The notes under the pieces: model-generated
Told to the model about the DNA's origin: nothing
Databases searched by the model: none
What the model saw: only the letters and a program-made list of their open reading frames with translations
Made by a program: the position numbers and the translations under genes
Part shown: piece after piece, positions 46,074-55,433 of the stretch
Layout of the letters: each line of letters starts with the position of its first letter
How positions within the stretch are numbered: position 1 is the first letter of the stretch
From: Flavobacteriaceae bacterium
GTDB taxonomy: Bacteria > Bacteroidota > Bacteroidia > Flavobacteriales > Flavobacteriaceae
Direction: 5' to 3'
DNA length: 64,000 nucleotides
Assembly: GCA_041689995.1 (NCBI GenBank)
Contig: JBDNFD010000106.1
Location: forward strand, 554-64,553

Positions 46074-46577
46074 TTAAGAATAGTTTATGGAAAGCACCTC
46101 TAACAACCTTACTTCCCCATTAAGGATAAATTCCGCTGTTTCTCCTGCTTTTTTTCCGATTACCGCACGGGCTATGGGCGCGATGAAGGCTATTTTTTGT
46201 TGTTTTACATCTGCCTCGTCAACTCCTACAATTTGAAATTTCATGTGGGTTTTGTTCGTTAGGTTTTTTAATTCGATCACTGCACCAAATCTTACCTGAT
46301 CTTGTGCTTGCTCTTTCGGATCCAGCATGCGCGCGGAAGCAATTCGCTCGTTCAAATTATGCAACTTTCCGTCGATAACTGCTGTAGCTCTTCTGCGCTC
46401 AGTTTCGTTTTCTTCGGTAAGATTTTTCAGTTCATTTTCCAAAGTTCCCCTTTCTTCCAACAAGGATTTATATCCAAAAGACGTTACATAATTCGTCACC
46501 CCAGCGGGCAAAGCTGCACGTGGCGGGATCATTGGCGCTTCTTCTTGGTCATCTTCTTTTACAAATCCCCTGCTCAT
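46074..46577 (-). CDS. GreA/GreB-family transcription elongation factor paralogue
   Basis: C-terminal Gre domain (VRFGAVIELKNL...KFQIVGVDEAD...IAFIAPIARAVIGKKAGE). The ORF extends to 46610. Confidence 0.7.
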   Translation of the reverse strand: MSRGFVKEDDQEEAPMIPPRAALPAGVTNYVTSFGYKSLLEERGTLENELKNLTEENETERRRATAVIDGKLHNLNERIASARMLDPKEQAQDQVRFGAVIELKNLTNKTHMKFQIVGVDEADVKQQKIAFIAPIARAVIGKKAGETAEFILNGEVRLLEVLSINYS

Positions 46578-46674
46578 ATAAAATTGATTTTTTATGAAAT
46601 AATTTTCCAATGAATGCGTACGATCAATCCGCTTTGGACCTGCGGATTTTGATGAAAATTATGGAATAACTGAT

Positions 46675-46917
46675 TTATTTGGATTTCTTTTTTCTGTACT
46701 GTGGAACAGTTTTAGTGCTGTCTTTTGGTTTTATTGAATCTAATTGCTTTGAGCCTTCCGCAGTGCTGTCTGCCGAAATATCCGGCCCGTGTGGAAGCAT
46801 GCCGACTTCTGTGGAATCCGGATGATTATAATCTCCTAAATGAATTTGTTTTTCTTCTTGATCTCTGCAGCTTACAAGGCCGAAAACGATAACGATGATA
46901 ATAAAAATAGGTTTCAT
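46675..46917 (-). CDS. small lipoprotein
   Basis: 80 aa with lipobox GLVSC and a hydrophilic mature part. Confidence 0.45.
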   Translation of the reverse strand: MKPIFIIIVIVFGLVSCRDQEEKQIHLGDYNHPDSTEVGMLPHGPDISADSTAEGSKQLDSIKPKDSTKTVPQYRKKKSK

Positions 46918-47052
46918 AATTCCTTTTTTTAGATGCTATTTTCAAATATAATCAATTTGAAAACAACTAATTTGATAGCCGGTTATATTTAAGGAAGCAT
47001 TATGATTCCAAATGAAACAGATATATTTGTTTCAACCAAATCTTTTAAGATT

Positions 47053-47550
47053 ATGAAAAAATATGTCATTCTTCTTCGTGGGATAAATGTAGGAGGAAAT
47101 AAGAAAGTGCCTATGAGCGAACTCAAAAAGATGTTTATGCGAATGGGTTTTGAAAATATTCAAACAATATTGAACAGTGGCAATGTGATTTTTGATGCCC
47201 GAACGGAAAATGAATTGACTTTAACCCAAAAAATCAGAAATGAAATCGAAAATACCTTTGGATTTGCTGTAAACGTAATGTTGCGTTCCGCCAATGAAAT
47301 CAAGGAATTATTTCGGTTAGAGCCATTTAAAAATATAGAAGTTGATAAAAACACCCGACTTTACGTGACGTTTTTGTCTGAAGAATCCACAAGCAAATTG
47401 AAAATTCCTTACATTTTCCCAAATCATGATTTTAAGATTCTACAAAAAACCAATCGTGAATTATTTTCGGTTTTGAATTTGGACAGTTTTAAATCCGTAC
47501 AGGCAATGGCTTTTCTGGAAAAGGAATTCGGAAAAGAGATCACCACATGA
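47053..47550 (+). CDS. DUF1697 family protein, ending at an in-frame TGA 16 codons before the family-typical end
   Basis: MKKYVILLRGINVGGNKKVPMSELK is the DUF1697 N-terminal signature. After the TGA (47548-47550), the same frame reads NWNTILKIEKLIDKK* to 47598. Confidence 0.75.
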   Translation: MKKYVILLRGINVGGNKKVPMSELKKMFMRMGFENIQTILNSGNVIFDARTENELTLTQKIRNEIENTFGFAVNVMLRSANEIKELFRLEPFKNIEVDKNTRLYVTFLSEESTSKLKIPYIFPNHDFKILQKTNRELFSVLNLDSFKSVQAMAFLEKEFGKEITT

Positions 47551-47763
47551 AATTGGAACACTATTTTGAAAATTGAAAAATTGATCGATAAAAAATGAAT
47601 ATGGAATCATGATTCCGTTGGATAAGCTGATTTATATGGATTAATTTGAAAAAGGAAATTTAGATAGGAGGCTAAAATTTCCTTCAAAAATCAATTGACT
47701 TTAGGAAATTCACAAGTCTTTTTCATGTATCTTCTTTGTATTTTTACACCTCAATTTTGAGTT

Positions 47764-49791
47764 TTGAAACAATTTTTACAGCTTGCTTTTTTATTGGTTT
47801 TGCCAGCTATGTCCGCACAAAATATTTTGGTCGATTCACAAGTGTATTCGCCACAAGAATTGGTGGAAAACATTCTGATCAACAGCGGATGTATTGAGAA
47901 TGTTTCGGTCAACAATTTCATTTCGGGTAATTTTAATGGAACCGAAAAAAGTTTTGGATATTTTGATGGGAACGGAAGCAATTTTCCTTTCGAAAATGGA
48001 CTGGTAATGAGCACCGGAAAACTTTCCCATGTTCCCGGGCCAAATATTAATTTAAGCGATGACGACGCCCCGAACTGGGGAGGTGACAATGATCTGGAAC
48101 AAATTTTGGGAATTAGCGGTACGTTAAATGCCACGATTATTGAATTCGATTTTACGCCCAATGCCGATAAAATTAGGTTTCGTTACATTTTTGCTTCTGA
48201 AGAATATCAGATCGGTGATCCAAATACCTGCGAATATTCTGATGTTTTTGCATTTTTGATCAAACCAATTGGTGGACAATATGTCAATATTGCGGTGGTT
48301 CCGGGCACAGATATTCCCGTAAAAGTTACCACTGTGCACCCCGAAATCCCCGGCGGCTGCGATGCGGAAAATGATGTGTATTTCGGTTCATTCAACGGAA
48401 GTTCCGCACCTATAAATTTCAACGGACAAACAATTGCGATGACGGCGGAAAGTGAGGTGATTCCCGGGCAAACTTACCATATCAAACTTGTCATAGCAGA
48501 CGATAAAAATTACCGCTATGATTCGGCGGTATTTTTGGAAGGCGATAGTTTCAGCATCGGTGCAGATTTAGGAAATGATTTGATTGGGGACAGTGCCCTC
48601 TGCGAGGACGAAACATTTTTGTTGCAGGTGAGCGGGACGCAGAATCAACCTTTAAGTTATGTGTGGTTCAAAAATGGAACTGAAATCCTCGGCGAAATCA
48701 CAGACTCATATTTGGTGGACGCTCCCGGTGTTTATCGCATCGAAGTTGATTATGGAAATGGCTGTGTCGCGGTTGATGAAGTTTTGGTTCAATATGCCGA
48801 TTTCAGTGGTATTTTTGATCAAATTGTGGCTGGTTGTGATGAAGATGATGATGGTTTCACAAATTTCGATTTAACTGATGTGGAACCAGATATTTTACAA
48901 AGTGGAAGCTCTCTCCAAATCGATGGCTATTTTTTGGATGTAAATGCGATGAGTTCAATTTCTAATCCTGAAAATTTCCAGAATACAATTCCAAATCAAA
49001 TACTTTTCGTGAAAGTCATCGGGTTGGGGAATTGTTTTACGATAATCCCGATTGAACTGGTAGCGACGCAAGCTCCGGTTGTCGATCTACAAAGTAGCGA
49101 ACAATTTTTCTGTAAAGAAAGTGGTGCCGATTTTTTCACTTTGAATTCTGGTTTGGTCGGAAATGAAAATGCCTATGATTTTCTCTGGAGCACGGGTGAA
49201 ACATCGCCAAAAATAGAAATCTTCGAACCGGGGGAATATTCCGTGAAAATTACCAAAACAGAAGTGGTGGATGGAAATTCGTTCTCTTGTTCACTTACAA
49301 ATACGATCCAAGTTTCCATTTCTGAAAAAGCGGAAATCTCAATTGTTATTTTGGGCGAAATTGGGAATAATTCTGTGGAAATAATTGCAGAAGGAGTGGG
49401 AGATTATGTTTTTGCTGTGGACGACGGGAATTTTCAAACTGGAAATATTTTTCCTGTAACAGGTGGGAATCACAAGGTTTATGTGAAAGATTTGAACGGA
49501 TGTGGAACTGTGGCAGAAAAATTTACGATCTTGAACTATCCGAAATTTTTTACCCCGAATGGCGATGGAATCAATGATTATTGGCAATTGAATGGATTGG
49601 ATTTCCCTGATTCACGGGTAAAACAAATTCACATTTTTGATCGCTACGGAAAGATTTTGAGAACATTAAGTCCTTTTGACCAATGGGACGGAACTTACAA
49701 CGGAAAATATTTGCCTTCCAATGAATATTGGTTTCGCATCGAATATAGCGACAAAACAAATTTTACAGGACATTTTTCCTTAGTTCGTTAA
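47764..49791 (+). CDS. large secreted adhesin-like protein with T9SS type B (CHU_C/gliding-associated) sorting domain
   Basis: TTG start and a signal peptide. The C-terminus (YPKFFTPNGDGINDYWQL...IFDRYGKIL...WDGTYNGKYLPSNEYWFRIEY) is the type B CTD. Confidence 0.8.
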   Translation: MKQFLQLAFLLVLPAMSAQNILVDSQVYSPQELVENILINSGCIENVSVNNFISGNFNGTEKSFGYFDGNGSNFPFENGLVMSTGKLSHVPGPNINLSDDDAPNWGGDNDLEQILGISGTLNATIIEFDFTPNADKIRFRYIFASEEYQIGDPNTCEYSDVFAFLIKPIGGQYVNIAVVPGTDIPVKVTTVHPEIPGGCDAENDVYFGSFNGSSAPINFNGQTIAMTAESEVIPGQTYHIKLVIADDKNYRYDSAVFLEGDSFSIGADLGNDLIGDSALCEDETFLLQVSGTQNQPLSYVWFKNGTEILGEITDSYLVDAPGVYRIEVDYGNGCVAVDEVLVQYADFSGIFDQIVAGCDEDDDGFTNFDLTDVEPDILQSGSSLQIDGYFLDVNAMSSISNPENFQNTIPNQILFVKVIGLGNCFTIIPIELVATQAPVVDLQSSEQFFCKESGADFFTLNSGLVGNENAYDFLWSTGETSPKIEIFEPGEYSVKITKTEVVDGNSFSCSLTNTIQVSISEKAEISIVILGEIGNNSVEIIAEGVGDYVFAVDDGNFQTGNIFPVTGGNHKVYVKDLNGCGTVAEKFTILNYPKFFTPNGDGINDYWQLNGLDFPDSRVKQIHIFDRYGKILRTLSPFDQWDGTYNGKYLPSNEYWFRIEYSDKTNFTGHFSLVR

Positions 49792-49819
49792 ATCGGAAAC
49801 AAATGGCGAAATTTGCAGT

Positions 49820-51820
49820 ATGAAATTCAACTTAAAATCCATATACAAACCCACTGGCGATCAACCGCAAGCAATTGATCAACTGGTGAAAGGGATCGAA
49901 GCCAAGGAACGTTACCAGACTTTGCTGGGTGTTACCGGTTCGGGAAAAACGTTTACAGTTGCGAACGTGCTGCAGCAAATTCAGCGGCCAACTTTGGTTT
50001 TGGCACACAATAAAACCCTTGCCGCACAATTATATTCGGAATTCAAGTCATTTTTTCCCGAAAATGCAGTCGAGTATTTTGTTTCTTATTACGATTATTA
50101 TCAACCCGAAGCTTTTATTCCCTCTTCCGGAGTTTATATTGAAAAGGATTTATCTATTAATGATGAAATCGAAAAGTTGAGGTTGAGCACCACTTCTTCT
50201 TTGCTTTCTGGCCGCCGGGATGTTTTGGTGGTAGCTTCCGTAAGTTGTTTATACGGAATCGGAAATCCGGTGGAATTTCAAAAAAATGTGATTTCTCTGG
50301 AAAAAGATCAGGAAATCTCGCGTACTAAATTGTTGCATCGCTTGGTGCAAAGTTTGTATTCCAGAACTGAAATGGAATTCAATCGTGGAAATTTTCGCAT
50401 AAAAGGGGACACAGTCGATATTTTTCCTGGCTATGCAGATGATGCTTTTCGGGTTCATTTTTTTGGAGATGAAATTGAAGAAATCGAAGCTTTTAATGTG
50501 GCCACAAATGAAATCCTTGAAAAATATGATCAGCTGAATATTTATCCGGCCAATATGTTTGTTACTTCACCGGATTCGTTGAACAATGCGATCACGGAAA
50601 TTAGTCTGGATTTGGGGAAACAAGTGAATTATTTCAAAGAAATCGGAAAACATTTGGAAGCAAAACGCTTGGAAGAACGGACGAATTTCGATTTGGAAAT
50701 GATCCGCGAGCTCGGATATTGTTCTGGGATCGAAAATTATTCGCGCTATTTGGATGGAAGACTTCCAGGAACGCGGCCTTTTTGTTTGTTGGATTATTTT
50801 CCGAAAGATTTTGTAATGATTGTCGATGAAAGCCATGCTACCATTCCACAAGTTGGTGCGATGTACGGCGGTGATCGTTCCCGAAAAGAGAATTTGGTGG
50901 ACTATGGGTTCCGTTTGCCTGCCGCGATGGATAATCGTCCCTTGAAAGCTGAAGAATTTGAGGCGATGCAAAATCAGGTGATTTATGTCAGTGCGACCCC
51001 GGCAGATTATGAACTTCAGAAAACCGACGGCGTATATGTGGAGCAGGTCATTCGTCCTACTGGTTTAATTGATCCGGTTATTGAAGTGAGGCCGAGTTTA
51101 AACCAGATTGATGATTTGATTGAGGAGATTCAAATTCGGGTGGAGAAAGATCAGCGGATCTTAGTTACAACATTAACGAAACGAATGGCGGAGGAATTGG
51201 CGAAATATCTCGCCCGGATTGAAATACGCTGCCGATATATCCACAGTGATATTGATACTTTGGAACGCGTAGAAATTATGTCAGACTTGCGAAAAGGGGT
51301 TTTCGATGTGCTGATTGGCGTGAATTTATTGCGGGAAGGTTTGGATTTACCAGAGGTTTCTTTGGTGGCGATTTTAGATGCCGACAAAGAGGGTTTTTTG
51401 CGAAGCCATCGCTCTCTTACGCAAACAATTGGTCGCGCAGCTCGCCATTTGGAAGGAAGGGCGATTTTGTATGCCGACAGAATCACCAAGAGCATGCAAA
51501 AGACCATCGATGAAACGGAATATCGGCGGGAGAAACAAATCGAATATAACACGGCAAACAATATTACGCCCACCGCAATAAACAAAACCTTGGAAAATGC
51601 GTTGGCTGGCATGAAAGCCGAACCTTATAAATATGTGCGCGCGACTTCTTTGAAAGCTGCTGAGGAAGAAACCACCTATTTTTCGAAACCCCAGTTAGCA
51701 GATCGCGTTCGGAAAACACGAAAGGAAATGGAAAAAGCAGCGAAAGATTTAGATTTTATTGCAGCCGCACAATTACGCGATGAAATAAAAATGTTGCAGG
51801 AGAAGTTGAAGGAAGTATGA
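49820..51820 (+). CDS. uvrB: excinuclease ABC subunit B
   Basis: 666 aa. GVTGSGKT Walker A, DESH box, helicase motifs, and a C-terminal UVR domain (AAQLRDEIKML). Confidence 0.97.
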   Translation: MKFNLKSIYKPTGDQPQAIDQLVKGIEAKERYQTLLGVTGSGKTFTVANVLQQIQRPTLVLAHNKTLAAQLYSEFKSFFPENAVEYFVSYYDYYQPEAFIPSSGVYIEKDLSINDEIEKLRLSTTSSLLSGRRDVLVVASVSCLYGIGNPVEFQKNVISLEKDQEISRTKLLHRLVQSLYSRTEMEFNRGNFRIKGDTVDIFPGYADDAFRVHFFGDEIEEIEAFNVATNEILEKYDQLNIYPANMFVTSPDSLNNAITEISLDLGKQVNYFKEIGKHLEAKRLEERTNFDLEMIRELGYCSGIENYSRYLDGRLPGTRPFCLLDYFPKDFVMIVDESHATIPQVGAMYGGDRSRKENLVDYGFRLPAAMDNRPLKAEEFEAMQNQVIYVSATPADYELQKTDGVYVEQVIRPTGLIDPVIEVRPSLNQIDDLIEEIQIRVEKDQRILVTTLTKRMAEELAKYLARIEIRCRYIHSDIDTLERVEIMSDLRKGVFDVLIGVNLLREGLDLPEVSLVAILDADKEGFLRSHRSLTQTIGRAARHLEGRAILYADRITKSMQKTIDETEYRREKQIEYNTANNITPTAINKTLENALAGMKAEPYKYVRATSLKAAEEETTYFSKPQLADRVRKTRKEMEKAAKDLDFIAAAQLRDEIKMLQEKLKEV

Positions 51821-51996
51821 ATGGCATTTAGTTGTGCTAAACACTGGATTCCCCTCTTTCCCAGGGCTGATTATTTTATTCCAAACTTTAACATTCAAAT
51901 TCCATTAAAATGTTTACTTTAGGGATCGGAAAAACAATAAATAAAAAGTGGTTATATGGAATAAAAGTACCTAACCCAACTAAAACCGTTCAAATT

Positions 51997-52194
51997 ATGG
52001 CGAGAGCAATGTTTGAATACACTAAAACCGTGCTTACTAAAGTGAGTTTTGACGTAGTGTTATTCTGTAAAGAAGTGAAGAAAGCCATCGCAAGATTGCT
52101 TCCACACGAAATTGAGGAACTTAAAATTTTTATTTTGTCTTTGACCAAGCAAAATCCAGATTTAACAGAATGTCTTATCTATTTGAAACCGTAG
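51997..52194 (+). CDS. small hypothetical protein
   Basis: 65 aa from MARAMFEYTKTVL. The ORF opens at 51910. No family recognised. Confidence 0.35.
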   Translation: MARAMFEYTKTVLTKVSFDVVLFCKEVKKAIARLLPHEIEELKIFILSLTKQNPDLTECLIYLKP

Positions 52195-52204
52195 AACTTA
52201 AAAA

Positions 52205-52236
52205 AAAGGCCATCTAAAAAAAGATGGCTTTTTGCT
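52205..52236 (+). terminator. intrinsic terminator
   Basis: GCCATCT-A6-AGATGGC hairpin followed by T5. Confidence 0.65.
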
Positions 52237-52276
52237 TTTAGACTTTATTAGATGGTTGTGCGCAATTTAATCAGAA

Positions 52277-52894
52277 ATGGGAAATCAAATATTTGGATCG
52301 ATACTACAAATTTTAATCTTCATCTTTATCCCCTTTTTGGTTTATTTAATTAAAAAGAAAAGTGCAAAGGGATTTCTGGATTATATCGGACTCAAAAAAT
52401 CAAACAAAAAAGCCAATTATGTAGCTATTTTGGCTAGTTTGATTTTTTTGGCACCGGTGTTATTATTAACTATTATCAGTGAGCCTTTTAGGGAAATTAT
52501 GTTTGACCCGAACAGCATTACAGGGAAATTAAGGGCAATGAATGTTGATGTCACTGCCATAATTACTCTTTTGATAATTGCAATTTTCAAAACATCGTTA
52601 GCAGAAGAAATTCTATTTAGGGGTTTTATAGCAAAACTCTTAATAAACTCAATTGGTTTTAAAAAGGGTAATTTATTACAGGCTGTAATTTTTGGAATTT
52701 CACACGTAGTTTTATTTGTAATAATTACGACAAATATGTTCTTTTTGATTTTAATTTTTCTTTTTCCAACTATCGCAGCCTATATATTTGGATATTTAAA
52801 TGAAAAAAAGGCTAATGGAAGTATAATCCCAGGTTGGATCGCACACAGCTTAGCCAACACTATAACTTACATTTTTGTTGGATTCATAATATAA
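52277..52894 (+). CDS. CPBP-family intramembrane glutamic endopeptidase (CAAX protease-like)
   Basis: EEILFRGF and FGISH motifs. Polytopic membrane protein. Confidence 0.8.
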   Translation: MGNQIFGSILQILIFIFIPFLVYLIKKKSAKGFLDYIGLKKSNKKANYVAILASLIFLAPVLLLTIISEPFREIMFDPNSITGKLRAMNVDVTAIITLLIIAIFKTSLAEEILFRGFIAKLLINSIGFKKGNLLQAVIFGISHVVLFVIITTNMFFLILIFLFPTIAAYIFGYLNEKKANGSIIPGWIAHSLANTITYIFVGFII

Positions 52895-52897
52895 AAA

Positions 52898-53842
52898 CTA
52901 TTTTTTATTAGCCAAAGGACTGATGATTTTTACATTTTGGAAAGCGATAGCTCCTCGTATAACTCCTGAAATTGTAGATTGTAACGCATCGATTAATTGT
53001 ATTTTCAAACCACTTTTGTGGTAAATTAAACTGACTTCCCGAGCCGGGATCGGCTCTTCGAACATTTTTAGATTTTTCTGATCTTTTTCCCGCAAATCCA
53101 ACGTGTGCAAATAGGGTAGAAGCGTCATTCCCAATCCTTCGTTCGCCAGTTTCACTAAAGTTTCAAAACTTCCGCTTTCGAGTTGAAAATTCTTATTGGT
53201 AGAAGTTCGGGAGGCCTTGCATAAATTAAGCACATTTTCCTTGAAGCAATGGCCGTCTTCCAAAAGCAAGACGTCCTCAATGTCGAGTTCTGAAACCTTC
53301 AAGTTTTCTTCTTTTTCCAATCGGTGATTGAACGGCACATAACCCACAAAGGGTTCGTAATATAAAACCCGTTCCTTAATATCTTCGAGTTCCAATGGCG
53401 TCGCCGCAATAGCTGCGTCCAAATGACCTTCTTCTAGTTGTTCGATAATGTTTTCAGTGTGTAATTCTTCTATTTTCAGGTTGACTTTCGGATATTTTTT
53501 GATAAAGTTTGTCAGGAACATTGGCAATAATGTCGGCATGACGGTTGGTATAATGCCCAATTTGAATTCGCCTCCCACAAATCCTTTTTGTTGATCGACA
53601 ATATCACGAATTCGGTCGCTCTCATTGACAATATTTCGAGCTTGCTCTACAATTTTTGCCCCGATTTCGGTCAGCTCAATTGGTTTCTTTCCCCTATCGA
53701 AGATCTTTACCTTCAATTCTTCCTCCAATTTTTGGATTTGCATGCTCAAAGTAGGCTGTGTCACAAACACTTTTTCAGCAGCTTTTGTGAAGTTTCGATG
53801 TTCGGCGACGGCCAAAACATAATGCAACTGGGTAATTGTCAT
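52898..53842 (-). CDS. oxyR: LysR-family peroxide-sensing regulator OxyR
   Basis: N-terminal HTH (TITQLHYVLAVAEHRNFTKAAEKVFVTQPTLS). GHCFKENVLNLC carries the redox Cys pair with the C-x8-C spacing of OxyR C199/C208. The ORF extends to 53878. Confidence 0.8.
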   Translation of the reverse strand: MTITQLHYVLAVAEHRNFTKAAEKVFVTQPTLSMQIQKLEEELKVKIFDRGKKPIELTEIGAKIVEQARNIVNESDRIRDIVDQQKGFVGGEFKLGIIPTVMPTLLPMFLTNFIKKYPKVNLKIEELHTENIIEQLEEGHLDAAIAATPLELEDIKERVLYYEPFVGYVPFNHRLEKEENLKVSELDIEDVLLLEDGHCFKENVLNLCKASRTSTNKNFQLESGSFETLVKLANEGLGMTLLPYLHTLDLREKDQKNLKMFEEPIPAREVSLIYHKSGLKIQLIDALQSTISGVIRGAIAFQNVKIISPLANKK

Positions 53843-54003
53843 GGATTGAATTTTGACCTCAAAGATACCAAAACCCATCGAAAATATTTATTAAAAATAT
53901 TTATTACAATGTATGCTCTCTATTGAAAAAGAAAAGCTTGCGCCTTATGTTAACCTTTCCTATAGGATTCCTATTAATTTATAAATAACAAAAACTATTT
54001 ATT

Positions 54004-54318
54004 ATGAGAAGTAAAACAATTCTTTTTTCAATTTTTTTAATGCTATGTTTTGGTATATGGTCCTGCTCGAAAGATGATTCGTCAGATAAAAATCCTATCG
54101 GATCCAACGGCGGCTGTGATACTTTTGTTACGGAATATGAAGGAGTTACCGATGCTGCAGCCATTTTTTCTCAAAATCCGACAACCGAAAACTGCGAGGC
54201 CTATAAGGCGGCTTATTTGAATTTCTTTGAAGCATACAGTGACTGTGATTACTGGGTCGACGGCGATTATCAATCGGAAATTGATGCAATAAATGATATG
54301 GATTGCTCAGATTTATAA
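54004..54318 (+). CDS. small Cys-containing acidic lipoprotein
   Basis: Lipobox GIWSC, with four further Cys residues in a 104-aa acidic protein. Confidence 0.45.
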   Translation: MRSKTILFSIFLMLCFGIWSCSKDDSSDKNPIGSNGGCDTFVTEYEGVTDAAAIFSQNPTTENCEAYKAAYLNFFEAYSDCDYWVDGDYQSEIDAINDMDCSDL

Positions 54319-54430
54319 CCAATTGTAACAACCAATTACTCCAGTCCCGTGGGCAAAAGAATAGTTTATGGGGTCAGCTTACGGGATTGGATTGGTTTTC
54401 CGGAATAAAGATTCAACAAAAAATGTGAAC

Positions 54431-54598
54431 TCACTGTTCCTTATCTCTTTTAAAAACTAATATTGCCAAAATTATAAGCCCTAAACCAAATCCCAAAGGA
54501 ACAAATAGATTGTCTTTTTGAAATATTTTATCGATAAAAAGGCCTAAAGCCATTAACCCTGCAATCAATAAACCTCCTGTTATCCAAATTTTTTTCAT
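54431..54598 (-). CDS. 55-aa two-TM membrane protein
   Basis: Own translation: MKKIWITGGLLIAGLMALGLFIDKIFQKDNLFVPLGFGLGLIILAILVFKRDKEQ*. Below the ORF-track length cutoff. Confidence 0.4.
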   Translation of the reverse strand: MKKIWITGGLLIAGLMALGLFIDKIFQKDNLFVPLGFGLGLIILAILVFKRDKEQ

Positions 54599-54625
54599 AG
54601 TAAAGATTATTATGTACTGGTTTTT

Positions 54626-54660
54626 AATGTTGCTTCCCGAGATTTTCGGGAAGCAACATT
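54626..54660. terminator. perfect 15-bp stem-loop downstream of the DUF2141 gene
   Basis: AATGTTGCTTCCCGA-GATTT-TCGGGAAGCAACATT. No clear U-tract on either strand. Confidence 0.45.
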
Positions 54661-54679
54661 ATTTACAAAAATAAGAATT

Positions 54680-55087
54680 TTAGAAATGGATTTCCATGGA
54701 AACCGGTTTGTCCGCAACGGTGAATTTTGCGTCCGACCATAATGGCGGTCCGTATGAACTAGGTGCATCGTTGGAAAGACCATAAGGTTCCGCCGGCATT
54801 CCGTTGGGTTCAAAGTCGAAGGTTTCGTTCATGTTTTTATCCTGAAAACAGGAAATAGCATATTCCCCCGCTGGGATATTCTCAAAAACCACCGTTGATG
54901 AATGATCTTTGACCGTAGCGGTTTCATGATAATCAGGGGCTTTTTTGATAAAAGTGCCTTCCGTAAAAAGACCGAAGCGAATTTCACCTTGATCGGTAGG
55001 AACGTTCGTAACATGAACAGTAATAGTGGCTTGACCCATTGCAAACTCTGATAGGATCAGGGCAAATAAAATGACAAATGTTTTCAT
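54680..55087 (-). CDS. DUF2141 secreted protein
   Basis: 135 aa with a signal peptide. The Ig-like region (GEIRFGLF...AGEYAISCFQDKNMNETFDFEPNGMPAEPYG) is typical of DUF2141. Confidence 0.7.
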   Translation of the reverse strand: MKTFVILFALILSEFAMGQATITVHVTNVPTDQGEIRFGLFTEGTFIKKAPDYHETATVKDHSSTVVFENIPAGEYAISCFQDKNMNETFDFEPNGMPAEPYGLSNDAPSSYGPPLWSDAKFTVADKPVSMEIHF

Positions 55088-55433
55088 GGCTTTGTAGGTT
55101 TTTGATTGATAAAATTTGATGGCGTAAAAATACCACCACCGTTTCGCTCCCTAAAATAGCAGTGACCGAATTGTTGAAATTTTGGGATGAACTGTACAAA
55201 TTTTTCTTTCTTCCATCTTTTTATAAAATTCCGCGTTAGGGATTGTAGTGGAAATCCTTTTATGAGGAACGAATAAAAGATTGGAACGGAAAGCCCGACC
55301 CGATAGGGTAACGCCCAAAAAATCTATAATAATCATGAATTATTACTTGAATTCAACTTCGGATAAACGAGCAATAGTCATTATTGGAAAATATTTTTAA
55401 AGCAACCGAAAATTCTCACCGAGGCTAAGCATT

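Noticed and set aside
47548-47550. TGA reassignment (alternative genetic code) as an explanation for the in-frame TGA in the DUF1697 gene
   Set aside because: TGA terminates several well-conserved genes here at their expected ends (pckA at 11743-11745, rlmN at 63485-63487, and the GT2 gene at 14245-14247). The standard bacterial code applies.
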